A DNA stretch of 45,504 nt, filler included, from Catajapyx aquilonaris (lineage: Eukaryota), in NCBI GenBank assembly GCA_000934665.2. It is 2 parts of 2 records of this genome, joined end to end, with 100 filler letters (N's around TTAATTAATTAA, not from the genome) between each part and the next. Parts side by side here need not be neighbours in the genome. Positions count along the whole stretch, not along the records: positions 1 to 22,697 come from JYFJ02005829.1; positions 22,798 to 45,504 come from JYFJ02005830.1. The stretch is one strand, 5' to 3'. The notes beneath the pieces are model-generated. The model had not been told where the DNA came from. It saw only the letters and a list, made by a program, of their open reading frames with translations, and did not search any database. Shown one piece after another: positions 22,663 to 35,364 of this stretch (position 1 is the first letter of the stretch; every line of letters starts with the position of its first letter). A program made the position numbers and the translations under genes.

Positions 22663-22697
22663 CCCTTTGCTGCCTACGGACATCATATGATGTCCGG
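22663..22697 (+). mobile_element. piggyBac-like terminus running into the assembly gap
   Basis: TTAA|CCCTTTGCTGCC at 22659-22674. The homologous site near 15110 is empty. Confidence 0.6.
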
Positions 22698-22797
22698 NNN
22701 NNNNNNNNNNNNNNNNNNNNNNNNNNNNNNNNNNNNNNNNNTTAATTAATTAANNNNNNNNNNNNNNNNNNNNNNNNNNNNNNNNNNNNNNNNNNNN
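22698..22797. other. Artificial scaffold gap: 44 N + TTAATTAATTAA + 44 N
   Basis: Exactly 100 bp, with an all-frame stop linker at 22742-22753. Confidence 0.97.
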
Positions 22798-23254
22798 TGC
22801 AATTATTTTCCTTAAATCAAAAAACTCCTCCTGAGATTTTTTTTCTATGTCAGGGAAAGGGTCTGAGTTACAACATATTTAAAAATCGGATTTTAAAATT
22901 AGGCGGATTTTTTTTTTAAAAAAACTTTGAAATTTTGAAAATGGGACGAAATTTTCAAAAAAGTCACAATACGAATTTTCAATCCTTAGTGAGATTGGGC
23001 TCTCGAATCTCTTCAAAGGGAGCGGTCTGCGACGTCTGCAGCTCAATTGGTTCACGAGATATGACCGATTTCTGAAACCCTACCTTCCGAAAATGACGTT
23101 TTTTTCGGTGGGCCTATCTCCGGGGAGGGGGGGTAAATTTCAAAACCGCGCAAATGGTATTTTTGAAAGACGTAATTAAAGCGATTCGCCGATTTTCGTC
23201 AAAATCTGACAACCCAAGGGTCAGGGGGCTCGGTGAATTGACATGGAATGACCC
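22798..23254. mobile_element. Probable DNA-transposon end next to the gap
   Basis: Homopolymer-rich subterminal sequence ending in TTGACATGGAATGACCC, a terminus-like motif. The partner TIR is not visible. Confidence 0.4.
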
Positions 23255-25124
23255 AACTGAATTGCCTCAACTCATACATATCAGGTTGGGAGCCCCATAT
23301 ATCATGGCCCATTCAAGCCTGGTAGTTCAACAACAACAAAAACTCACCACTAATGCCACCCCAGTTTTTTCACTTGACTTTTGAATTGGCATACATGATA
23401 GCTAGTGTGTGGAGCAGTTAAGTTAATGGCTATCATCAAAGAGAGAAAAGAGAGAAACTTTTTGCAATTATTAAGATCCTTCAACCTTCAGGTTACGAAG
23501 AGCGTGGCTTAGCCACTAGACCACTCGCTGCGCTACCTCGATACTCACGCTATTTCACACATGTACTTATTGTAAAGAAAGGGCGCCATCACTTCAAGAT
23601 AGGTTAATGACTGGCAAGAATATTTATGACATGTATTTCTCTGCATAAAACTCCATGACAGTAAAGTGTGCAAAACCAAAGAAAATAATAAAGAAACACT
23701 AACGATTTTTTGTGGGGCAACATTAAATAGTGTTCACCTTCAAAAAATTATTCTCTCCTGGTTTCGGACACACAACCTCATACTTTTTATGAAGGCAATA
23801 TCAAAGTATTGAAATATTCGACCTGAGAGCACTGTTCTAACAACAACATTGACAAGGACAAGAACAAAAAAAAAACGACGCAGCTTTGTTGTGAGACTAC
23901 GAGTATGAGCAGGACGCGCTCACCTACAATCCTGTAGTGTTTACGAGTACAAAATGAAGGACTAAAAATCGTCAATTTTTTGAAATCAAAATATGAACGT
24001 GGATCAGTTAAAACATAATAATGCTGACTGTTTGAAACATTTATTATGCACATTTAATGAGGGAGGGGGGGGGGGGGNGGGGGGGGGGTTTCTGGTTACA
24101 ATTAAGCATTGCGAATGATGCAACAAGATTGATTGTATCCGATGCAGTTGTGAACTGGGTTGTCTGAAAATCAGGCATGACGCACATTGTCTAGATTCAA
24201 TTTTTTTGTCATTATTAGCCCCATATTAGCCACTAGACCAATGCAACGCATGACAAACATCTACTCCATATGCGTGTAATGAGCTACAGTACTGTAATAC
24301 AGGCCAATGTTTACCTCGAACGAATACTTGACTAACATATTTTAATGTTTAGAGGCAATCACGTGGTATAAAATTGAAGCCTTTTTTGATTCTAAATTTC
24401 CATAATAATGTACTGTACTTACCTCCCTGAAGACCTGGCCAGCCGCCCTCTGCACACCGTAATTACTCGTATACCAGGAATCTCAACAAGGAAGAATTTA
24501 TTGAGGGATAATTAAGGTTCTTTATTAGCAAGCTTGTTTTTTTCTGATCCACAGATATGGGCACAACACGGATTATATGAAAAAAGTTAATCTGCATAAT
24601 CGCACATAGATGTAGATTCTGCTAGGTATGACGGTGATGACGGTGCTTCAATATTCCTTATTCGAGCGTTATTCTCTCCATTTCTTGCTCCTCCTCCAGG
24701 AGGTTTATGTGAACAGGAGCTGTGCCCTGCATCTGAGGAAGAGAACAGATAGATGTGAAACTATTGGCCATGACTCACTTTATAGAGACAGAGACATTAA
24801 AGTGCCTCAAAGAGAAGCAACCTGTGGATCGCAGTAATGTAGTTGAGCTGTCAAATGAAACACATGGTGCTAAATTTGGCCAAAATCCAATTTTTGCAAA
24901 ACTGAAGCTGGTTTTTATCAGCAGTAGGAAATAGGTGCAATTTACATAGGTCAACCACGGTGCACAATTAATCCATAATATGTGCAATACACTTATTGTT
25001 AATATATGACACAATTGAGATAATAATAGTGGCGGATTGAATGGCCTGTAAAATTAATTAATTCCGTAATTAATGTATAAAAATTTGGCAACACAGAAAA
25101 TCACCGATGTATTATGAGCCAAGC

Positions 25125-25420
25125 TACACCATTGGCTGAGACTGTTGTTGTTTTTCATTGGCTGAGCGGCCAACTGTGACGTCATCCCGTCGGCAACTAG
25201 GATACCACACGGACATATCAGTATGAGCTACACATGCGCACTATTGGTTAACTCACATTCGGTATTAAATTTGGACCAATCAGACATCAGATGTGCTCTG
25301 TACCACGCATAGTGTTACACCATAGTGTTTACATGTGACAGTATGAGCCTACTGCCCGTTTTTGATTGGTCCACTATTGGATGCGACCAGCTCTTATTGG
25401 CTGGATTGCAGCGCATGCCC
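25125..25420. promoter_or_regulatory. CCAAT-box cluster with a CRE site (promoter- or LTR-like)
   Basis: ATTGG/CCAAT at 25131, 25157, 25243, 25276, 25365, 25376 and 25396. TGACGTCA at 25177-25184. Confidence 0.5.
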
Positions 25421-27899
25421 AGTGAGAGCTGTGACTTGCATGTAGGGAGTTCGATCGAGTTGCATCATTTTTTTCAGTCGCAGTCTTCTTGAGTTGTAAG
25501 GAAGATGTGTTTGGCCCCCGGGGTTCTGCCCTGAGCTCTGCCCCTGAGTCCCTGAGTCCAAATCCTGAGGGCGGCCCGTGGTTGTGAAGGGTACGCTCTG
25601 GGTGGGGGGCAGGGTAGGTGGCGGAACGGGTGGGGAACTGGGAAGGAGGAAGGCAGCAGAGGAATGTGTGGAATGTTCTGGAACAATTTTCGTGACCATT
25701 ATTTGGGCTCGTTTGAGGTTCACTTATTCAATTTTGTTGCATTTAGGAGTTTAAAATGTCGCTCTGTGTATTGTAGATCAGATGTCATATCTTCACAATG
25801 GTGTAAAAAAGTTAATAATTTTTCTGAGTGTGTACATACACCCAGAATGTGTAGATAAGTGTGTTATTATGTGTTCATTTACCAGACAGTTCAATGTCGG
25901 ATGAGCCGTTTGGCCAAGTTTTACTATCAATATTGATTGTGGATGAATATTGTGACCTGGCGCACTTGGTGTTGAAGGGTAACTGCGCTGTAACGGTCGT
26001 CCTTATCTGTACCTCTTGTTTGCTAGTAATATTTGTTCACAGGTTTTGTTGGTCCTCCAGTTGTCACATTAGTCATTCTGGAAAGTTGGAAGCTGCACAG
26101 TGTTTCATTGGTCACTAACCTTTCTGGAGTCTTACTGTAGGTCACTTCTGAAGATTTTTGTGGTGGGTCTGTGTGTGATCATGATTTATGTCAATGGTTC
26201 TGCCCTTCCCAAGTGACTGGTTAAGGAATGGGTTACAAAAAGGTACAATAATGCTTCCCAATTCCAAGTGGGGGGCCATCAGGAGGTGTTGGCTGGGTGT
26301 CTGTACTGAAGTTTGCACTTCTTCACACTGCTCTCGATGGCCTTCAACAGGCCTGGCTGACGTTGCTTGGCTTCTGTGCCTTCATAACATTGCATTCTTG
26401 TGATTTTGGCAGTTGGTGGAGTTTGGGCAGGTGATTGACCACATCCTGATAATCAAGTACTCATCGTTAGAAGATGGTTCTTGCTATGGTTGGTAATTAC
26501 ATTTTCATTTTTACTAAGCTGTTACAGTACTACAAGTCCATTTTTGACCTAATTCTTTCTGGTTGTACCCTTGGCCACTGAATCATTTCAGTTGGGGATA
26601 CACAAGTCTAGAGGCCATGAATGCTTCTAATTTTATATTATGTATTATACCATTTTTAAATATGAGGTAGGCTCTCTCCATCTCCGCTGGAAGTGCAGTT
26701 TTTTTTTTTCAAATGCAGGTAGCGAAGGTTTGACGACAGAGTTAAATATCACCAAATTAGGGTCGTAAAATGAAAAGGTTTAAAACAATTGTAGGTCCTC
26801 ACTGCAGACAATATTGGGTCACTAAATGCTTGCCGCCTTCACCAACTCAACTGCAGCGGTTTTTGTCAGTGCGAAATGGCAATGGATGCATATTGCCTGG
26901 TACTTATTCCTGTGCAATCCTTGCGCTTCATTCTGTATTACCCAAAGGATAATTTTGTGAAAAATATTCCTTGAAAGTGGCTGTCATTGAAGAGGCTTAG
27001 GGCAAGAGGGTGGACAAATACAATATCTACACCCTGCTATGTGCTAAAAATAATTGACTGCTGTAAAGTAATTGGAGTTTAGGGTACCATATGCAAAGAA
27101 TGTTGGATGCCATGGAAGAGACAGTCACAGTCTGTTCTGGCTATTCATGATCTTTGGCTTTTTCTTCCTCCTCCTGCCCCCATACCACTTCGCTGCAACA
27201 ACCATGCAAGGTTACAGCATCGTAGCACCTGGTCTGATAATGCCTGTGAACCACCTCCACTTACCTTGTGCCACTGATGCTTCTCCTGTGTATTTTTAAA
27301 ATTATTATTCAGAATGGGTAATTTTCTTTTGGAGAGAGAAGCCACACTTGACACTGAATGTCAAAGCAATGATAAAAATATTATTGACGTAGTCTATTTC
27401 AGTATTTTGGGTTCTTTGAAAATTCAGCAGCCTTTCTCAGTTGGAAGTTGATTCGTTGCACCATGATTGGTGCTGAAAATCACACTAATCTAATATGGCA
27501 TTTGAGTATTTGTGACAGAGGGGCAGTCACATTTTATTCGTTTTATTTCTTGAGAGATAGTGTGAAGAGTTGAAGCTAGTGAAGCTCAGTTTCTTAGTAG
27601 TTTTATGCAATATTATTTCCATTTTCCACATTTGCATTGCATAATATTTTGTAAACCAACCATTTGCAACGCAAAGATTGGCTATGTATGCAGCATAATA
27701 CAATATTCACATTATAATCAGTATACAGCATAATTGCATGTTCAATGGCCATGAGTTACATAATTGCTTTAGATTGGCTCAGCTTTCCCCATAATTTTCC
27801 AAGGGCAACTGATTGGAACCAATACCCACCAACCATGTGTTACATGTGTTTCAGTTTTTGCTATGAAAGGATGATGTGCATTGTTAACGAACATTGTTG

Positions 27900-28630
27900 T
27901 GACTTTGTGTGGTAGTAATACATCCAAGTGTATTTCGGTTAATGACATGAAGGAAGCTTGCTTCATTTTACAGTATGTGCAGGGCAATTGTGGGCACATT
28001 CACCGAGTGTGACAACGATCAATCCAGGGTACTGCCCGTCCCTTCTTTGGAAGTTGAAGTCAGGACTCTGATGGTTTCCTCTATGTGGGTGATAAGAAAG
28101 AAGAGTATTTTTTAACTTATTGCCAGGAACAACGTGCCGTCGTGTGCCATTTAATTTCTGCCTAAAAGTCTCAATTGGGGATCCACGGCACTGTCGGCGG
28201 AGTGGAGGAGCGACAATAATTAGTTTTAGGCTGAGTGTTTTCTGGGCTTGCATGTATAACAAATGAATAATGGCGTCATGTTCTTTACCTAGTTCATTGA
28301 CATAAGCTCAGTGACGAATTCATGTCGTGGAGTAGTGACATGATACCATTGCTTACTTTGCACTCTTGACTTTTTTAGAACACGTGTTGAGTTCATGAGT
28401 GTAGGTGTTGAAACCAACATATTGCAGATCATAAAAGTAATAAGGAATCATGACGTTTCCGTCATGATACTTTTAATCTTGGAGTAACTTACACTTTCGC
28501 ATGAGAGATGATCATTGACAGACATACCATGTATATTCTTTGGGCTAATAAGTGTGTTCCAATTTATAACACTGTTCAATTGTGAGACAGTATGATGTTA
28601 GTTTTTTATCACGTAAAATGAATGGCAATC
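27900..28630. repeat. Diverged duplicated segment, copy A
   Basis: Shares gtactgcccgtcc, gtcgtgtgccat, cactgtcg..ggag..gaggagcga.aataatt, gaattcatg, accattgctt.ctttgcac and ccaacatatt with 34045-34850. Confidence 0.75.
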
Positions 28631-31600
28631 ACTTTCGCTTCAATGAAAGAATTGTAGCCTAATATCTTCCATGTTGTAAACGTTTGTTTGGAGGATAGAG
28701 CACTGTGCGAGTGATCCGTTAAGTGGGATTTAACTTTTCAGCATTCATCGATTCTGCTCTTTGGCAGCAAGTGAGTCATTATTTGGTCAATTATTATTGC
28801 CATTATTTTAGAACTGTAATTATTTTTTCTCTTTTCTTATTGACAATTTGTTAAGAAAATGTAACAGGAACTGATATTGTGTCAATCTTTTTCTCGGGTC
28901 TCAGGAGGCTGAAGATATACAGCATATGCTTTTACTCACTGTCGGTGGTATTCTTCTCTGGGTGAATTACTGCAGTGGGTTTTTTGGAGACTGAAAAGTT
29001 TAGGGTTAGTGATGTCACTGCGAAGAAGACATGCAATAAAATCAGTGACACCCAAGCTATTGAAAAATTACGTCGTTAAAAGAAATGAATCTCTTTTCTT
29101 GTGGTGTTTCTGGTGTAAGAAATCCGTCCCCATTCATGTTCTGCTCTTGGCATACACTACAACATATCCTCGAATAAGCTGCTTTCTCTGTCACTGTTTC
29201 CACACTAGAGAGCTTCTTTTTGGGAGCCTGATTTCTGGACAAGTCTTCCTCTTTGTTGTGTACTTCGGGAATAACAACAGAGCAAATCCATGCTATTGAA
29301 CTGGTAATATAAGATCTTATGTATTTGTTTTAAATATAATGGTAAAGCCCTTTTCATGCCCTGACGAGGCGAGAATAATAACAGTCATTGTCATGTGTAG
29401 TAATTGTACCAACTGGGATGAAGGACATCCCATCTCTAGTATAGGGTTGGATAAGCGACCCTCGAACTGTTTCCGCCAATTATGCAGTTCTCAAAAGTAT
29501 GTCAGATGAAAGAGGTAAACTTGCCAATGTATATTTTCAGTAACTATTCTTGATGATTTAAATAATAAATCTAAATGAAACTGCTGATGATGCTCGTCAT
29601 GCTGTATAATGCTTGAACACCGAATTAGAGTTTCGTAACCTGTGCATGTTGATCTCTTCCTGGACCCTTGGTGATCAACAAAAGTGTAAAGAACTGCTTT
29701 TGATATTTAACTCGCAATGTCATTTTCTTAACTTAATAAAGAATAAGTTTGAACATTGGCGTACTCCACCGATCGAACCCCCGGCAATCTTACTCTCTTC
29801 CTTTTATAATCTCATCCTCGTCATCTGAGACTGCTGACCTCAATGAGCAATAATTAATATTTGATATTAATCCTGGAGTAGTCCAGTTGTATCATGTGAC
29901 ATGCATCCATTGGGCTGTCAGAGTCTGCACCTGCACATCCATCATCCGTCTCACCATGTAACTTGCTTCACAGCATTTCCACAGTTGAACGTCGCATGCA
30001 ATGACTTGGGAAATATTAACAGCACAAAAACTTATTGTGACATGTGTATTTTTTTCTCAGTATTTTGCCTCAGAATGTAGATCTTTCGGGAACAAATCAT
30101 GCTCCTTCATTCGTCGCCTATGGGAAACCTGGGGTAAGCCTGTCAGTCTCTTGTGATAGCCTTACCTCAGTGTACTTGCAGTATCACTAGTTGCCGAGAT
30201 TATAGTCAAGCAGCAAAAGTGAGGAGCGAGTGCAGTAGTACTCCTTGATCAGTGTGGTACAGTGGACGTATAGTATCCTCTTTATGGTCTCTGTACATTT
30301 TATGAAAGTTATGCGGGTGACACAGAATGAATAATTTTAAATAATTTCCACCCTGTGTACGATAAGGAAAGCGTCCCTTTTGAGCCCGGAGTTCTCTGAT
30401 TAACAACTCTTAACTGCACCATTGAGCAAATTTTTTAACTCAGATAATTCTAGTAAAAAATGTGTCCTACTCTGCACTAGAAAAGTGGTAATGGATGGGC
30501 CATCACTGATGACTTACCAGTGTCTCGTCGGTCGAGGACAGGATCTTTTTATCTTTTCTCAGACTGAACCGATCAACTGCTGAGTACCGGTAGTGTACTT
30601 CTGATACGACTCCAGCAGGAACAACTAGGAACGACCTGTATGAAAACCCTGTTTTACAGAATAACTTGATGAAATTGTCAGGTATTACCAAGCTAGTGTT
30701 TTGGTTGACGTCTCTGAATCTTTATTTATTGCTTTCAAAATGTCGTTGTGGTCTATATCGCATGTTCTACATTGGTTCCCGTCATTACAAGTTCCAGTGT
30801 TGCAGATGCTAAGCTGAAATAGTGGCATGTGCTCTTGTAAAATTGCTTTTCATCCTCATATTTTAGGTAATCCTAGCTCTGGAAGAAATATGACACTCTT
30901 GATGTTATTGTAGTTACCAAGATAGCTACTCTCATTATTTCATGCGTGATGTTCATGCATAATGTTCTGCTTTTGGTTGCGAGGGGATAAAACAAAGAGT
31001 TCCGATATTTACATTGTTATACCGCCTTTGGGTGCTTTAAAATAATGATCTGTGTGAACCTGGTTGCAGGGTATTGTGATGGTTACGAGATATTACTTAT
31101 TTTTCAAAACGATGAAACACTCGTGAAATAAACTGAAGGGTTGCATTAATAACTAATTTATATTAACTATTAATTATATGTTGTTGGCGATTTGTACCTT
31201 CACGTGCTCTTTCCATAGATTGGTTCTTTCCTAGAAGGTGTAATTGACACTGGGTACAAATAAATTAGTGATTGATTGTTAAGACTGGGGGGCTCAAATA
31301 ATACTTAATGAATATCGTTAAGTATGAATGTCATCCTCCTGCTTGAAAAGGGAGTGAATCCTGCTTGCAGGCAATAAGATTATAAAAACCGCATATACCT
31401 ACAGTACATATGACACTCACTGTATTTGTTACGTTTAAACATACGGATAGTAACTAATGAAAAAACTCAGCTTAATTTTAAGGACAATTTTTAGTTAAAA
31501 GTATTTGTTGCGTACTGCCTTCAGTGGGAGGTTTGTTGAAAGGTGTAAACAGATTAAAACCAGCACGCCTTTGTTGTCGGTCCTCCTTAAGACACAACAG

Positions 31601-31984
31601 TATTCATTTTTTACTTACCCCTATTTCCGTCATCCAAGTCAAGTTGATGACCTAGCCAAGCTTTCAGGGGTCACGTGAATTACTGGGTAATATTCAACCC
31701 TGGATACGTTTGTTGATTATCAAGCAGAAATCAATTTTCATCTCGATTATAATTTTCGTGAGTGTGTAATTCACGGGGGCGCAGTCAAGCGCAAATCCTT
31801 GTGGAATTATGAACGCTGCACGATTGCATTGTAGTAATTCATCCTGGAGCATTACTCACGAACAAGTACAAGTAGTTATGAATGATTTTTTCATTCTTCT
31901 TACGCCACTGCAGTAGCTCTTGCATGCTCGTTCCTACACGTCGTATTTGTACTCTGCTCCTGTTCTTCGATCAGGCATGTACAA

Positions 31985-33924
31985 TAGGGCGGCTCGAAAA
32001 ACACTTTTTTTCGAAAGTTGTAGTTCGCTAGTGAAAAAAAGTTGCGTTGGGTGATCCTTTTGACAGGTAAAAAATTTGAGTCATGTGGGTTAATATCCTA
32101 CGTCTCCGCCAGGGGCGTTTATGACGCAACTTACGGGTTTTCATTTTTTGGCGTGCGAGTACACTTACCCGGCCTAAACATGAAAGGTTGTGGCCCATTG
32201 GGGGTGAAATGTCGTTATTTTTGCGATATCTTACACCGTTGACGAGATATTGACCAAAACCCCAGGTTCAAAAATTACACAGTTCTGCAAAAAAACGCTC
32301 TCTTTCGCTCTTTTGAAAACCTTTATGTGCTTTTTATGGATTTTGGGGTGCTGAATCCGAATCCGGCAACAGATTTGCTCTATCACGTACTGTTTTTGAG
32401 ATATATCGTTTTAAAACTTTGGACGGTTTACTAGGGGTCTTTTCGAATCAAGTGGGCATAAATGTTGCTAGACCGCCTTGGATCTTGGTGAAAATAATCA
32501 CAGATGTACTCATCTATTCCTTAACGCTTCCTATAAAAATTCAGCCATATTGCTCAATACTATGATGAGGGGAAAAATCGCAAACATCTGGAAATGGCTG
32601 AGAATGGGGCCTTTTTTGGAGATTTTTTTTTTGAATTAGTGCAAGTGGTCAAACCCCAATGAACATATATATCAAAAGAAAGGGAAACACCAGGGGAATG
32701 CGCCTGTGGAATTAGTATTCCTCTAAAATGTAAAAATAAATTTTTATAGCATTTCATTTGTCACTTGCTCAGTCACATGCCCAAGAATATATTGTGACCT
32801 CAACAATTATAATCGACTGTACTTGGCCGACTCCCTCTCGTACCTTTTACACTTATACAAAAACGTATATCACTGGTTCTGGCAGTCCTGCGGGGAAAAC
32901 CCTTACGCAGTCCTGGATATACACTGCGACAACTGTGAAAAACAACAATTCTTGATTTAAGTGTCGTATCTCCCAAAATTTGCGTTTTCTCAAAATATGT
33001 ACGTGATAGAGCCATTCTGACTTCAGATCTGGATTCAGCACACCTTAATCTATATAGTCCATCTACCTTCATCCAAAATAGGATTTTTCTGCAGAACATG
33101 TTGAGGTCATAATATATTCTTGGGCATGTGACTGTCCAAGTGACAAATGAAATGCTATAAACATTTATTTTTACATTTTAGAGGAATACTAATTCCACAG
33201 GCGCATTGTCCTGGTGTTTCCCTTTCTTTTGATATATATGTTCATTGGGGTTTGACCACTTGCACTAACCCCCCAAAAAAAAAAATCTCCAAAAAAGGCC
33301 CCATTCTCAGCCATTTCCAGATGTTTGCGATTTTTCCCCTCATCATAGTATCGAGCAATATGGCTGAATTTTTATAGGAAGCGTTAAGGAATAGATGAGT
33401 ACATCTGTGATTATTTTCACCAAGATCCAAGGCGGTCCAGCAACATTTATGCCCACTTGATTCGAAAAGACCCCTAGTAAACCGTCCAAAGTTTTAAAAC
33501 GATATATCTCAAAAACAGTACGTGATAGAGCAAATCTGTTGCCGGATTCGGATTCAGCACCCCAAAATCCATAAAAAGCACATAAAGGTTTTCAAAAGAG
33601 CGAAAGAGAGCGTTTTTTTTGCAGAACTGTGTAATTTTTGAACCTGGGGTTTTGGTCAATATCTCGTCAACGGTGCAAGATATCGCAAAAATAACGACAT
33701 TTCACCCCCAAAGGGCCACAACCTTTCATGTTTAGGCCGGGTAAGTGTACTCGCACACCAAAAAATGAAAATCCGTAAGTTGCGTCATAAACGCCCCTGG
33801 CGGAGACGTAGGATATTAACCCACATGACTCAAATTTTTTACCTGTCAAAAGGATCACCCAACGCAACTTTTTTTCACTAGCGAACTACAACTTTCGAAA
33901 AAAAGTGTTTTTCGAGCCGCCCTA
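31985..33924. mobile_element. hAT-type foldback non-autonomous element, 1940 bp, 8-bp TSD
   Basis: Termini TAGGGCGGCTCGAAAAACAC / GTGTTTTTCGAGCCGCCCTA. Near-identical arms 31985-32805 and 33099-33924. Perfect TSD ATGTACAA at 31977-31984 and 33925-33932. Confidence 0.95.
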
Positions 33925-34044
33925 ATGTACAAGGATGTCAGCATCTTGCCAGAAGCTCTTTTTTATTAACTTGTCCATAGGCATAATTTTGATGTCGTTC
34001 TTGTACATTTTTGCCCGACATGACACCCTGCAGGCACACAATTA

Positions 34045-34850
34045 GTATGTGGTAGAAATGCATCGAAGAGTGTACATGGCATACAATCACGTTAAGTTAA
34101 TTCGAGGTGATTCAGCCCACATGCAAGATAACGTTGCAGGAAAATGGCCTCGTGTGACGTACTGCCCGTCCTTTCTTCTGGAGTCGAGATGTTGAGAATT
34201 CTCATGATTTCCACTACGAGTCTACGTGGATGATAAGGAAGAGTGTTTTGGAACTTTGTTTTCCAAGAACAATGTGGCGTCGTGTGCCATCCCAATGTTA
34301 CTTTGATGATGGGTTCATCGCAATTTCCCGCTTCGACATTACACACTGTCGACGGAGAGGAGCGATAATAATTCGTTAGCCTGTCTCTTTTTTGGGTTTA
34401 CAACGACTTACATTAGTAGTTTACACGAGTATTTAACGCATAAACCATGGAACAGTTTTCCCGTCTTGTTTTTTTACTCGGTTTATTTAAGCCCAGTGAA
34501 GATGAATTCATGCCTTGGTAAAATGGGAGGACACCATTGCTTGCTTTGCACACTGAACCTTTAGAGCACATCTGAGTTAATGGGCATAAGCTCTAACCTC
34601 TAACAAGTAAGTGTTTATTACCAACATATTTATTTCCAGAATAGTAAATTATTTGGGAGGCATGGTGTTTCCTCAATGATATTGCTGTTTTTCTTATATT
34701 ACACTTTGTCGTGGTTGAAATGGTCAGGGACTATGCCAACTATCTTTAGTCTAACAAGTTTGTTAAATTTTTACGCACTGTTCAGTAGTAACACGTGGTA
34801 CTGTACCGGTAGGATAGTTGGATGCTCTCTCTCCGTCGCAAAATAAATGA
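34045..34850. repeat. Diverged duplicated segment, copy B
   Basis: Colinear with 27900-28630. Confidence 0.75.
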
Positions 34851-35364
34851 ACAGTTGTCGCCAGTTTGTGTGTGACATATTTGGTACCTTACTTATAATT
34901 TAGCCACGTCTGTGAGCAGGGAGAATGTGTTAACCTAATCGAATTCCACTGCCATCCATTCACTGCAAAGCGGGCAAATCAACTGTCACAACCAAGCAAC
35001 TAATGGAAGAATTGTGATACATTTGGAGAACGGTCGCAAGCTCATCTCTTATTTATTCATGTGCTGCTTTTGGATACTAACAAAGGACATAGTCTCATTA
35101 CAATTAAATGGCTGTTTTTGGCGACTTTCACTGATGAATTTCTCATCTTGACTAGGATGCTGAAAGTTGTCTCCAAAAATTAGCCATGTTTGTCTGTGAC
35201 CTTGATCAGAGTTTTCTTGACTTTGGCCTGACTTTGGGTTTGTCAACAAAAATATTCATTGTCGAAGATATCCATGGAAATGCATATTTGTATTCAAAAA
35301 GGAATTGCTGAAGGAGGGTGGTTTTTTTTAAAGGGTGTACTTGGTAATTATTTTTACATTCATT

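Noticed and set aside
22742..22753. TTAATTAATTAA palindrome
   Set aside because: Artificial linker inside the N gap.
32042..33867. Pairs of identical small ORFs on opposite strands (also 21027-21260 and 21856-22089)
   Set aside because: By-products of foldback symmetry, with no coding signature.
34223..34234. YVDD reverse-transcriptase-like motif
   Set aside because: No other RT motifs nearby, and the paralogous segment reads YVGD.
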